A DNA stretch of 37,728 nucleotides from an uncultured Dehalococcoidaceae bacterium (GTDB lineage Bacteria > Chloroflexota > Dehalococcoidia > Dehalococcoidales > RBG-16-60-22): assembly GCA_964460815.1 (NCBI GenBank), contig CAYWRT010000002.1, positions 1 to 37,728 on the forward strand. Reading direction: 5' to 3'. This document shows positions 1 through 7,836 of the stretch, piece by piece. The position numbers and the translations under genes were made by a program. Position 1 is the first letter of the stretch. Each line of letters begins with the position of its first letter. The notes below the pieces were generated by a model. That model had not been told where the DNA came from and made no database searches. It was given only the letters and a program-made list of their open reading frames with translations.

Positions 1-447
1 TGGGGAAGTCTGCAAATGCTTTAACAGTTCGGCAACGGGCAAGTCCTTTAACTGCTGCTCTGCTGATTGGGACATATTACCTTTAACTTGAGGTTGACCT
101 TTTTTCGTATTTATCGGCTTACTCATTTTGCCCTTGCTAGTGAGAGCAACCAATCTGGCAGTAACATACCCTGCTGCCCGCGTCCTCTTTGTCGCTGTTG
201 CCAGGTCGCTCGCCAGCTTTTCGTCTCCGATCACGTCTCTTACCCATTTACTAAAGTCGTTCCTCTCCGAATTTACGTGATAGGCAAAGGTATCATCCGA
301 TATGGCGACCAGACCTTCGGCCAGTTCCACCATGTCCCTAAGCGTGCGGCCATCATGACAACGGAAGACATAATCCTCCGGTACTTTAGCCAAGAGCTTA
401 TCTGTCTGCTCCCTTGATTGTTCTTGAGGTTTCTCTTTTTTTGCCAT
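1..447 (-). CDS. Small conserved protein, 3' end cut by window edge; tandem paralog of 564..881 (possibly a DUF5752-type domain, name uncertain)
   Basis: Absent from the ORF track because it runs off the edge. ATG at 447-445 sits 6 nt after GAGGT, and the frame stays open to base 1 (149 codons). Hand translation: MAKKEKPQEQSREQTDKLLAKVPEDYVFRCHDGRTLRDMVELAEGLVAISDDTFAYHVNSERNDFSKWVRDVIGDEKLASDLA... The core is clearly homologous to the neighbouring 564..881 product (VPVEYAFWCHDGNIFADLEELAKGLAAMSDETFAYHCNLEKQDFSRWVRDVIEDEWLAAELA). Confidence 0.7.
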   Translation of the reverse strand, partial: MAKKEKPQEQSREQTDKLLAKVPEDYVFRCHDGRTLRDMVELAEGLVAISDDTFAYHVNSERNDFSKWVRDVIGDEKLASDLATATKRTRAAGYVTARLVALTSKGKMSKPINTKKGQPQVKGNMSQSAEQQLKDLPVAELLKHLQTSP

Positions 448-563
448 CCATATACCTCGTAGTACGCACATCCCTGATGCATACTTTGTATTATGTCGAA
501 GATGGAACAACAGAATCCGAAGGAATGACCAAGGCGGTTTTGCTGGATGCCAGGTTGCCCGAG

Positions 564-881
564 CTAGTTGCTGGTAAGTAAGGTCATTCTGGTAGCCACA
601 CACTCAGCTGCCTGCAGCCTGTCTGTTGCCCTCGCCAGTTCAGCGGCCAGCCATTCGTCCTCGATGACGTCTCTTACCCATCTGCTGAAGTCCTGCTTCT
701 CCAGATTACAGTGATACGCGAAGGTCTCGTCCGACATAGCCGCCAGGCCTTTGGCCAGCTCTTCAAGGTCGGCAAATATGTTTCCGTCATGGCACCAGAA
801 GGCATACTCGACCGGGACCTTGACCAGTGGTTTCTCTAATTGCTTCTTTGCTCCTGCCTTTGGTTTGACCTTTTTCGCCAT
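564..881 (-). CDS. Small conserved protein (about 105 aa), tandem paralog of 1..447; function unknown
   Basis: The track ORF is 564..908. I prefer the internal ATG at 881 (MAKKVKPK...) because GGAGGT lies 7 nt upstream and the paralog starts with the same MAKK. Conserved core: F-x-C-HDG ... TFAYH ... DFS-x-WVRDVI-x-DE-x-LA. Confidence 0.7.
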   Translation of the reverse strand: MAKKVKPKAGAKKQLEKPLVKVPVEYAFWCHDGNIFADLEELAKGLAAMSDETFAYHCNLEKQDFSRWVRDVIEDEWLAAELARATDRLQAAECVATRMTLLTSN

Positions 882-938
882 GTCCAACACCTCCTGATAC
901 AGAATCACTCATATCTTGAAGATACAGCTTATGCCTGC

Positions 939-2159
939 TCATGAACGTATCAACGTAGTACCGGGAGGTACAACTCGTGTGCCGAATGCTTCTGGCATGA
1001 AGCCAGGTACAACCCGGCACTTACGACCTATGGCCGTGCCGTCAGGTACCGCCACATCCTTGCCCAGGACCGTTATTTCCCAGTTTCCGGGAACAAAACC
1101 GGCACCGAATCCAACATAGCAGAACTTACCTACATTTACTCTCTCATCCAGAACGCATCTGTCAATAATGCTGTGATAGCCAATACGGGAATCTGCCATA
1201 ACTACCGAGTTCTTCACGATAGCTTGCTCCGCAACATGAACGCCGGGAGACAGGACGGAGTTTTCGACACGGCCCTCGATGATACATCCAGGACTTATCA
1301 TACTATTGACGATATTACCTTCCTTGTTGGCCCGGCATACTGGCAACCTGCTGCTTTCGCTAAGAATCGGCCAGTCGCTGTTAAGACTGAAACCTGGCCG
1401 TGACACCAGAAGCTCCATATTGGCCTCATAATAGGTTTCCATGGTGCCGATGTCCTGCCAGTATCCGCCGTACTCATAAGCGAAAACCCTGTCCAGTGCC
1501 ACCATCCGGGGCAATATGGCATAACCGAAGTCATGTGGGGAGTCTGGTTCACCAGCATCTTCGACTAGGCGTTTGGCTAAGATGTCTTTATTGAACACGT
1601 AGATGCCCATGGAAGCGAGGTTGCTCCGGGAGCTTGTAGATTTTTCGATGAATTCCTTTATTCTTCCCTCAGCATCCATAGTAACCGTGCCGAAACGGTA
1701 GGTTTCTTCCATCGGCACCCGGACGACTCCCACCGTAACGTCGGCTTTCGCCATGTGATGAAAGGCAATCATCTTTCGGTAATCCATTTTGTAAATGTGG
1801 TCTCCGGCCAGGATGAGCACCACCTCAGCGTCTTGTTTCTCCAGATAATCGAGGTTTTGATAGACAGCATCCGCCGTTCCGGCGTACGAGCCAACAGCAG
1901 GCGTCAAGATGGAGAGATCCGCGGCGGCGCCGTTTGCCGAGTTCCATTCTCGCAGGTACTTCGCCATAAGCGCACGCTGGTAATCAACCAAACAGGCAAG
2001 TTCCGCGATTTGGGAATGGATACAGTTACTTAAGCTGAAATCAATGACACGAAACCTGCCAGCAAAAGGCAGTGCCGGCTTTGGTCTCAGGTAGCAGAGA
2101 ATATCCATCCTTTTCCCACGTCCACCAGCTAGAATTAACGCAACTTCTTTTTCGCTCAT
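939..2159 (-). CDS. glgC: Glucose-1-phosphate adenylyltransferase-like nucleotidyltransferase (ADP-glucose pyrophosphorylase family)
   Basis: 406 aa. N-terminal sugar-nucleotidyltransferase loop LILAGGRGKRM...LRPKPALPF. GTADAVYQNLDYL motif. C-terminal hexapeptide-repeat-like segment (NSVLSPGVHV...NSVVMADSRIG). Confidence 0.75.
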   Translation of the reverse strand: MSEKEVALILAGGRGKRMDILCYLRPKPALPFAGRFRVIDFSLSNCIHSQIAELACLVDYQRALMAKYLREWNSANGAAADLSILTPAVGSYAGTADAVYQNLDYLEKQDAEVVLILAGDHIYKMDYRKMIAFHHMAKADVTVGVVRVPMEETYRFGTVTMDAEGRIKEFIEKSTSSRSNLASMGIYVFNKDILAKRLVEDAGEPDSPHDFGYAILPRMVALDRVFAYEYGGYWQDIGTMETYYEANMELLVSRPGFSLNSDWPILSESSRLPVCRANKEGNIVNSMISPGCIIEGRVENSVLSPGVHVAEQAIVKNSVVMADSRIGYHSIIDRCVLDERVNVGKFCYVGFGAGFVPGNWEITVLGKDVAVPDGTAIGRKCRVVPGFMPEAFGTRVVPPGTTLIRS

Positions 2160-2453
2160 AAACCATTTCCGGTTTTACATTAGTAAAAAAACAGCATGAC
2201 TCAAGGCTGGGTGGAAACACACCTAAAAGGATATTCTTCTGCCGTAATTTTAGGCCGCAGCCGATAGAATAGTTGTAAAATCTCTACCAAAAAAGTAACA
2301 AATTTGTGACATTTGGAGGATAACAGAAGCCAGGTGGGGAGAAATGATCAGTTGTTATTTCTTGGAATTTCTTTTTATGAGTATATGGACTGTAAGACTT
2401 TCCTGCTGACTAGTCCAGACCGGGCAACGGCTATTCGAAGGTCGCCGTAATAT

Positions 2454-2482
2454 TTGACAATCAGCGGGTGGATAGGTAATAT
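2454..2482 (+). promoter_or_regulatory. Sigma-70-type promoter for the AOR-1 gene
   Basis: TTGACA (2454-2459), exactly 17 nt, then TAATAT (2477-2482). It lies about 90 nt upstream of the ATG at 2571, and AAGGAGG sits 7 nt before the start. Confidence 0.5.
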
Positions 2483-2570
2483 AGCCGTAGGAGTTGGCAC
2501 CGCCAACCCCGGGCTAACTCAGGTAGCCTTTCTCTTAGATTACTGCTAAACAAAGTAAGGAGGTTAATAG

Positions 2571-4415
2571 ATGGCACGAGGTTTTATGGGAAAGATATTG
2601 TGGGTAGACCTTTCCAAAAAGGAGATCAAGGATGAGGTGCTCGATGAAGAGCTGGGACGCCAGTTTCTGGGAGGCTATGGTCTGGGTGCCAGAATTCTCT
2701 TCAGCCGGCAGAAGGCTGGCGTTGACCCACTGGGCCCGGATAATATTCTTGGTTTTACCACGGGTGTGCTTACCGGTACCGATGCACTCGGTGGCTCCAG
2801 GTACATAGTGGTGGGCAAATCACCGCTGACAGGGGGCTGGGGTGATGCTAATTCGGGTGGTAATGTCGGCCCCTACCTGAAATTCGCCGGATACGACGCG
2901 GTATTTTTTACCGGCATAGCTGAAAAACCTGTATATCTCTATATTAACAATGGCCAAGCCGAGATTAGAGACGCCGCCCATCTCTGGGGCAGGGACTCTT
3001 TCGAAACCGAAGACATACTCAGAGGAGAACTCGGTAAGGATGTGGAAGTGGCCTGTATCGGCCCATCGGGAGAGAAGATGGCGCTCATCGCCGGGGTGAT
3101 GAACAACAAGGGACGGACCGCCGGACGTTCTGGTCTGGGCGCCGTTATGGGCTCGAAAAAGCTCAAGGCGATAGCGATAAAAGGCAGCCTGAAGATACCC
3201 GTGGCTGATGAGAAGAAGTCCAGCGAGATGAGGAAGAGGCACCTGGCGGGTATGGACCCCCCTCCTTTTATGAAGAACTTCGGCACACCGGGCCTTTTTA
3301 ACATGAGCTGTGAGTCCGATGATGTACCTTGCCAGAACTGGGCGGGTGCGGCGGTGGTTGACTTTACGGACTATAAAGATATCAGCGCCGAACCGCTTAT
3401 TGCCAAACAGGAGAGGAAATATGGCTGCTGGCACTGCCCCATCGCCTGCGGCGGGCACATGAAGGCGGGCACCGGGGAATATCAATACGAGGCGGGCGCC
3501 CACAAGCCCGAGTACGAGACCATGGCCATGTTCGGCAGCAACTGTCTTAATTCCAACATCGAATCAATAATCAAAGTCAACGATATCTGCAATCGCTACG
3601 GCCTGGATACCATCTCGGCTGGAGCCTGCATCGCCTTCACCATCGAATGCTACGAGAACGGGCTCATTACCAAGAAAGACACCGATGGCCTCGAAATGAC
3701 CTGGGGCAACCACAGGTCCATCGTGGCCATGACGGAGAAGCTCGCCAAACGCGAGGGCTTTGGTAATATCCTTGCCGACGGCGTCAAGATAGCTGCGAAG
3801 AAAATCGGCAAGGGCTCCGAGAAGTATGCCATGCATATCGGGGGACAGGAGGTCCCGGCGCATGACTCAAGGGGCGGGCCCGGCTTTGCCATTGGCTACG
3901 GAGCGGAGCCGACCCCGGCCCGTCATACCCAGAGCGGTGAAGGCCCGCTTCCGCGCGGCGCTATGCCTGATTTCGACCGCAGCAGCTTTAAAGGGAGGGG
4001 CGAACCTCATAAGATAGGCAGTTCCTTTAATCAGGTGATGAACGCCTGTGGGCTCTGCATGATAGTGTTCGGAGACGGGTATGGCCATGCTGACTGGCTT
4101 GTTGAGGCTATCGGGGTCATCACCGGCTGGGATTTTACCAGGGAAGAATTACTCAAGACCGGGGAGAGGATAGATAATATGCGGCAGGCTTTCAACGTTC
4201 GTGAGGGTTTGAAGCTGCCGTTCCAGTTCCCCGACAGGATGATGGGTATACCACCGAAGGCAGTCGGTCCCCGCGCCGGGATAACGCTAAAGAAGGAAGA
4301 GGTCTTTAACGAATACCTGACGGCCATGGACTGGGATGTCAAGACAGGCAAGCCGAGTAAAAAGAAGCTGCTGGAACTGGGCTTGGAAGACGTGGCTCAG
4401 GAACTCTGGTCTTAG
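2571..4415 (+). CDS. aor: Aldehyde:ferredoxin oxidoreductase family tungsto/molybdopterin enzyme (AOR-1, canonical motifs)
   Basis: 614 aa. N-terminus GKILWVDLS...GGYGLGARIL. SPLTGGWGDANSGG. GRSGLGAVMGSKKLKAIAIKG. FeS motif CWHCPIAC. Catalytic-Glu motif KPEYET. C-terminus YLTAMDWDVKTGKPSKKKLLELGL. Confidence 0.9.
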   Translation: MARGFMGKILWVDLSKKEIKDEVLDEELGRQFLGGYGLGARILFSRQKAGVDPLGPDNILGFTTGVLTGTDALGGSRYIVVGKSPLTGGWGDANSGGNVGPYLKFAGYDAVFFTGIAEKPVYLYINNGQAEIRDAAHLWGRDSFETEDILRGELGKDVEVACIGPSGEKMALIAGVMNNKGRTAGRSGLGAVMGSKKLKAIAIKGSLKIPVADEKKSSEMRKRHLAGMDPPPFMKNFGTPGLFNMSCESDDVPCQNWAGAAVVDFTDYKDISAEPLIAKQERKYGCWHCPIACGGHMKAGTGEYQYEAGAHKPEYETMAMFGSNCLNSNIESIIKVNDICNRYGLDTISAGACIAFTIECYENGLITKKDTDGLEMTWGNHRSIVAMTEKLAKREGFGNILADGVKIAAKKIGKGSEKYAMHIGGQEVPAHDSRGGPGFAIGYGAEPTPARHTQSGEGPLPRGAMPDFDRSSFKGRGEPHKIGSSFNQVMNACGLCMIVFGDGYGHADWLVEAIGVITGWDFTREELLKTGERIDNMRQAFNVREGLKLPFQFPDRMMGIPPKAVGPRAGITLKKEEVFNEYLTAMDWDVKTGKPSKKKLLELGLEDVAQELWS

Positions 4416-4495
4416 AGGAAGACGAATTTCACAGGGGTTCCCGCCGGTACTATGGGCTGACTGAATTGGTGCGTGGTTTCTGGTTTTGTTAATGA

Positions 4496-4530
4496 ATAGA
4501 ACTTCCCTTGTGGAAGTTCTATTCTTTTCC
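4496..4530 (+). terminator. Rho-independent terminator after AOR-1
   Basis: An 11-bp perfect stem, ATAGAACTTCC (4496-4506) with GGAAGTTCTAT (4512-4522). The loop is CTTGT, followed by TCTTTTCC. Confidence 0.7.
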
Positions 4531-4572
4531 ATGGTTAACGGTATCGTGTCATCCGCCGCCGTGGTCTGATGA

Positions 4573-4601
4573 TTGACCTTGTTGGGCATAGGAACTAAAA
4601 T
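4573..4601 (+). promoter_or_regulatory. Candidate promoter for the SDR-AKR-CapA-like genes
   Basis: TTGACC (4573-4578), 17 nt, then TAAAAT (4596-4601). An overlapping alternative is TTGTCA (4601-4606)-N18-TATATT (4625-4630). The octamer ATATTAAT occurs twice (4606-4613 and 4626-4633). Confidence 0.4.
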
Positions 4602-4669
4602 TGTCATATTAATGCAGAAATTGCTATATTAATACTGATGCGTGACTATAACTAAGAAAGGAGTCAGCG

Positions 4670-5428
4670 ATGGATCTGGGCTTGAAAGGTAAGGTAGCGC
4701 TGGTAACCGGGGCCGGGAGTCAAATAGGTTTCGGGAAGGGTATAGCGGTGACTCTGGCGAAAGAAGGCTGCGATGTCATTGTAAATGATGTGAACCTCGA
4801 AGGAGCCGAGCAGACGGCGGCTGAGATTAAGGCTCTAGGACGTAAGGCCATGGTGATTAAGGCGGATGTATCAAGCAGCGCCGAGGTTAATGATATGGTA
4901 AAGGCGGCGCTGGTGGAATTCGGCCGGATAGACATACTGGTCAATAATGCCGGTGTCAGCACCGTGCCGAAGCCCTTTGTCGAGACGACCGAAGCGGATT
5001 GGGATAGAGACCTGAATATTAACCTCAAGGGGGTGTTTATTTGCACGAAGGCGGTTCTCCCGCGGATGCTCGAGCGCAAGAGCGGCAAGATTATCAACAT
5101 ATCGTCAAACGGTGCCAGAACCGGTAAGGAATATGTAACTGTTTACTGCGCGGCTAAGGCCGGTGTCATGGTCTTCACCAAGGGGATGGCGGCGGAGTTG
5201 GCCTCATCCGGGATAAATGTCAACGCGATAGCGCCGGGGGTAGGGAATACCGGGTTCGCGCTTCAGGCTCCTCCGGAGTTCCTGGAACAGATTGTGGCGA
5301 CGGTACCTTTAGCGCGGTTCACCACGCCCCAGGATATCGGCAATATGGCGGCGTATCTGGCTTCAGACGTTGCCAGCGATATTACCGGGCAGACCTTCAG
5401 CGTCGATGGCGGTGTGACCATGCCCTGA
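4670..5428 (+). CDS. Short-chain dehydrogenase/reductase (FabG-like)
   Basis: 252 aa. Cofactor loop TGAGSQIGFGKG, NNAG motif (LVNNAGV), and catalytic S...YCAAK. RBS AAAGGAG lies upstream. Ends in TGA. Confidence 0.9.
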   Translation: MDLGLKGKVALVTGAGSQIGFGKGIAVTLAKEGCDVIVNDVNLEGAEQTAAEIKALGRKAMVIKADVSSSAEVNDMVKAALVEFGRIDILVNNAGVSTVPKPFVETTEADWDRDLNINLKGVFICTKAVLPRMLERKSGKIINISSNGARTGKEYVTVYCAAKAGVMVFTKGMAAELASSGINVNAIAPGVGNTGFALQAPPEFLEQIVATVPLARFTTPQDIGNMAAYLASDVASDITGQTFSVDGGVTMP

Positions 5429-5514
5429 GCTGGAGATAGTCTGAGAATCAGCCTAAACTACTGCCACGGATGGTTATTAATGATAATGGAATAATTTGCC
5501 CAAAGGAGATTGTT

Positions 5515-6528
5515 ATGAAATATAGAAATTTAGGCAGGACGGGTATCAAGGTTTCTGAAATCTGTCTTGGTACCATGAACTATGGGGACCCCGTTAGCGA
5601 GGCTGACTCTATAAAAATAATAAAAAGTGCCATGGCTGCCGGAGTAAATTTCTTGGATACTTCTGATACGTATGCCAATGGGAAGTCTGAGGAAATCATC
5701 GGCAAGGCATTAAAAGGGGTACGCCACTCCGCGGTGATAGCCACCAAAGTAGCCGGCAGGACCGGGCCAGGTGTCAACGATATCGGGCTGTCACGGCGGC
5801 ATATTACGCAGTCCTTGGAAGAAAGCCTGGAGCGGCTGCAAACAGACTACATCGATATTTACTATGTTCACAACCCTGACTACGACACTCCTATAGAGGA
5901 GACGCTGCGTGCTCTGGATGACCTGGTGCGTCAGGGGAAGTTGCGCTATATAGGCTGTTCTAACTACAGCGCCTACCAGACCTGCCGGGCGCTGTGGGTC
6001 AGTGATAAATACAGTCTGGCGCGACTTGAATGTGTGGAACCGCCGTATAACCTGCTCACCCGGGATATTGAGATGGAACTGCTGCCCCTCTGTGCCGGTG
6101 AGGAAGTGGGGGTATGCGTCTATAATCCCCTGGCCGGCGAGATGCTTACCGACAGGCACGAGTACGGCAAGCCGCCGGCCGAAGGCAGGTTTACCCATGA
6201 GCTTATGGGGCCAGGGTATCTCGAACGCTACTGGACGGATAAGAACTGGGAGGCTGTGGACAGGTTCAAAAAACTTGCCAGAAAGCGGGGCTGCACCACG
6301 GCCCAGTTTGCTATTGCCTGGATACTGAGTAACAAGACAATTACGTCGGTGCTCAGTGGTACCACGGCACTGGAGCAGCTGGAGGAGAACCTGGCGGCTA
6401 CCGAGATAGAATTATCGCCGGAAGAGCTCAAGGTCTGCGATGAGGTATGGCAGATGTTCCGGCCACCCAGGTACCACTATGCCAAGACTCTGGAAGATAT
6501 AAAGAAGCTGCCGGTACTGAGAAAATAA
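5515..6528 (+). CDS. Aldo/keto reductase
   Basis: The track ORF starts at 5470. I prefer the ATG at 5515 (MKYRNLGRTGIKVSEICLGTMNYG) because AAAGGAG lies 6 nt upstream. AKR motifs: DTSDTYANGKSEEIIGKAL, HNPD, GCSNY. Confidence 0.88.
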   Translation: MKYRNLGRTGIKVSEICLGTMNYGDPVSEADSIKIIKSAMAAGVNFLDTSDTYANGKSEEIIGKALKGVRHSAVIATKVAGRTGPGVNDIGLSRRHITQSLEESLERLQTDYIDIYYVHNPDYDTPIEETLRALDDLVRQGKLRYIGCSNYSAYQTCRALWVSDKYSLARLECVEPPYNLLTRDIEMELLPLCAGEEVGVCVYNPLAGEMLTDRHEYGKPPAEGRFTHELMGPGYLERYWTDKNWEAVDRFKKLARKRGCTTAQFAIAWILSNKTITSVLSGTTALEQLEENLAATEIELSPEELKVCDEVWQMFRPPRYHYAKTLEDIKKLPVLRK

Positions 6529-6596
6529 TTACCGGCACCCAGATTAAGTCTGTTATTATTTAATCAAATACCAGCAGGTGAAAGGAGACGTGAAAA

Positions 6597-7727
6597 GTGA
6601 ACAGGGCTGACGAGGATATAACGTTATACGCCGTTGGCGACATAGGTCCCGATAGAGCCGACCCCGGGTCGATATTTCAGAATGTCACCGGTATTCTGAG
6701 CCAGGGAGATGTGACATTCTGTCACCTTGAAGTCAACCTGTCTAACAGAGGAACCGGGCCCCTTGCCCAGGAGGCTACCAGGAGTCCTGAAGTAGCGGTG
6801 GCCATGAAGGAAGCCGGTTTCGACATAGTCTCATTCGCCGGTAATCACTGCATGGCCGCCGGTATTGATGCCTTTTATGATACGATAGAAAATTTAAAAA
6901 AACAGAAACTTCTAGTAATAGGTGTTGGTAATAACATTGAGGAGGCCCACAGGCCCGCGATTGTTGATTGTAAAGGCACCAGAATAGCCTTTCTGGACTA
7001 CAATTCAATCGTAGAAGCCGGCTCCCGGGCTGAGGTAAATAGACCGGGTTGTGCTACTTTAAGAGCCTGGACATTTTATGAGCCGATTGAGCCTTCTCAA
7101 CCAGGCACGCCCGGCCGGGCACATACCTTCCCCTATAGAGATGACATGAGTGCCATGGTCGAGGATATCAGGAAAGCGAAGACACAGGCTGACCTGGTGA
7201 TAGTGTCCATGCACAGCGGGGTTCACTTAATTCCCGCTGTAATAGCCGAATATCAGAAAGATTATGCACATGCAGCCATTGATTCCGGGGCAGACCTGAT
7301 ATGGCAGCACCACGCCCACATACTTAAGGGTATCGAGGTTTATTCTGGCAAGGTAATCTTTTATGGGTTTGGCAACTTTGCGGTAGAGCTGCACTTTATG
7401 ACCAAGGAATGGGCGGAAATCCCCGCCGTCAAAGCATTACGGAGAGTCCTGAATCCTGACTGGAACCCGCCCTACCCGGACTACCCCTCCTTCCCGTTTC
7501 CCCCTGACTCCCGGAAAACTATTATTGCCAGATGCGCCATCTCCAATAAAGCTATCAGCCGGGTGTCCTTCCTGCCGGCATATATCAATCAGAAGGGTGA
7601 GCCGGAGATATTGCTCTCAAAGGACGAGCGGTTCGGTGAGTTATTAAGTTACATGAAGGAAATTTCCAGAGACCAGGGGCTCAATACTGAGTACGCGGTT
7701 GATGGCAACGAAGTCGTCATCGGATAG
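6597..7727 (+). CDS. CapA/PGA_cap-like metallophosphatase-fold protein
   Basis: 376 aa with a GTG start after AAAGGAG. Motifs: YAVGDIGPDR, SFAGNHCM, GVGNN, IAFLDYNS, VSMHSGVH, WQHHAHILKGIEVY, FYGFGNF. Confidence 0.7.
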   Translation: MNRADEDITLYAVGDIGPDRADPGSIFQNVTGILSQGDVTFCHLEVNLSNRGTGPLAQEATRSPEVAVAMKEAGFDIVSFAGNHCMAAGIDAFYDTIENLKKQKLLVIGVGNNIEEAHRPAIVDCKGTRIAFLDYNSIVEAGSRAEVNRPGCATLRAWTFYEPIEPSQPGTPGRAHTFPYRDDMSAMVEDIRKAKTQADLVIVSMHSGVHLIPAVIAEYQKDYAHAAIDSGADLIWQHHAHILKGIEVYSGKVIFYGFGNFAVELHFMTKEWAEIPAVKALRRVLNPDWNPPYPDYPSFPFPPDSRKTIIARCAISNKAISRVSFLPAYINQKGEPEILLSKDERFGELLSYMKEISRDQGLNTEYAVDGNEVVIG

Positions 7728-7779
7728 ATGCGGGCGTGCTGCGGAGGGTGGGCAATTAAATTTGACACTCTGATGAAAA

Positions 7780-7809
7780 GGCTTCGGAGGCGTAATATCC
7801 TCCGAAGCC
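7780..7809. terminator. Bidirectional stem-loop between convergent genes (CapA-like gene and TRAP binding protein)
   Basis: An 11-bp perfect stem, GGCTTCGGAGG (7780-7790) with CCTCCGAAGCC (7799-7809), and an 8-nt loop. It sits between the stop at 7727 (+) and the stop at 7837 (-). Confidence 0.6.
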
Positions 7810-7836
7810 CCGTTCAACAGGTAACAGCCTGAAAAG

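Noticed and set aside
67-482. Track ORFs 67..417 (+) and 273..482 (-)
   Set aside because: Both overlap the edge-truncated minus-strand gene 1..447. That gene has an RBS and a clear paralog next door, while the listed ORFs have no recognisable motifs.
2344-2409. 21-codon hydrophobic mini-ORF (MISCYFLEFLFMSIWTVRLSC) in the glgC/AOR-1 divergent region
   Set aside because: The SD-like GGGGAG is only 2-3 nt from the ATG, conservation cannot be assessed, and the ORF lies upstream of the predicted AOR-1 promoter. The evidence is insufficient.
2483-2570. Possible Moco/tungsten-cofactor riboswitch in the AOR-1 leader
   Set aside because: The leader is only about 80-90 nt and shows just one 5-bp hairpin (GTTGG-CACCG-CCAAC). 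That is too short and simple for the Moco RNA motif as I know it.
2820-3503. Long antisense ORFs inside AOR-1, NMO, the flavoenzymes and other genes (for example 2820..3503, 13743..14414, 22505..23002, 14804..15265)
   Set aside because: All lie fully within strongly supported genes on the opposite strand, and their Arg/Pro/Ser-rich products are typical of GC-skewed shadow frames.
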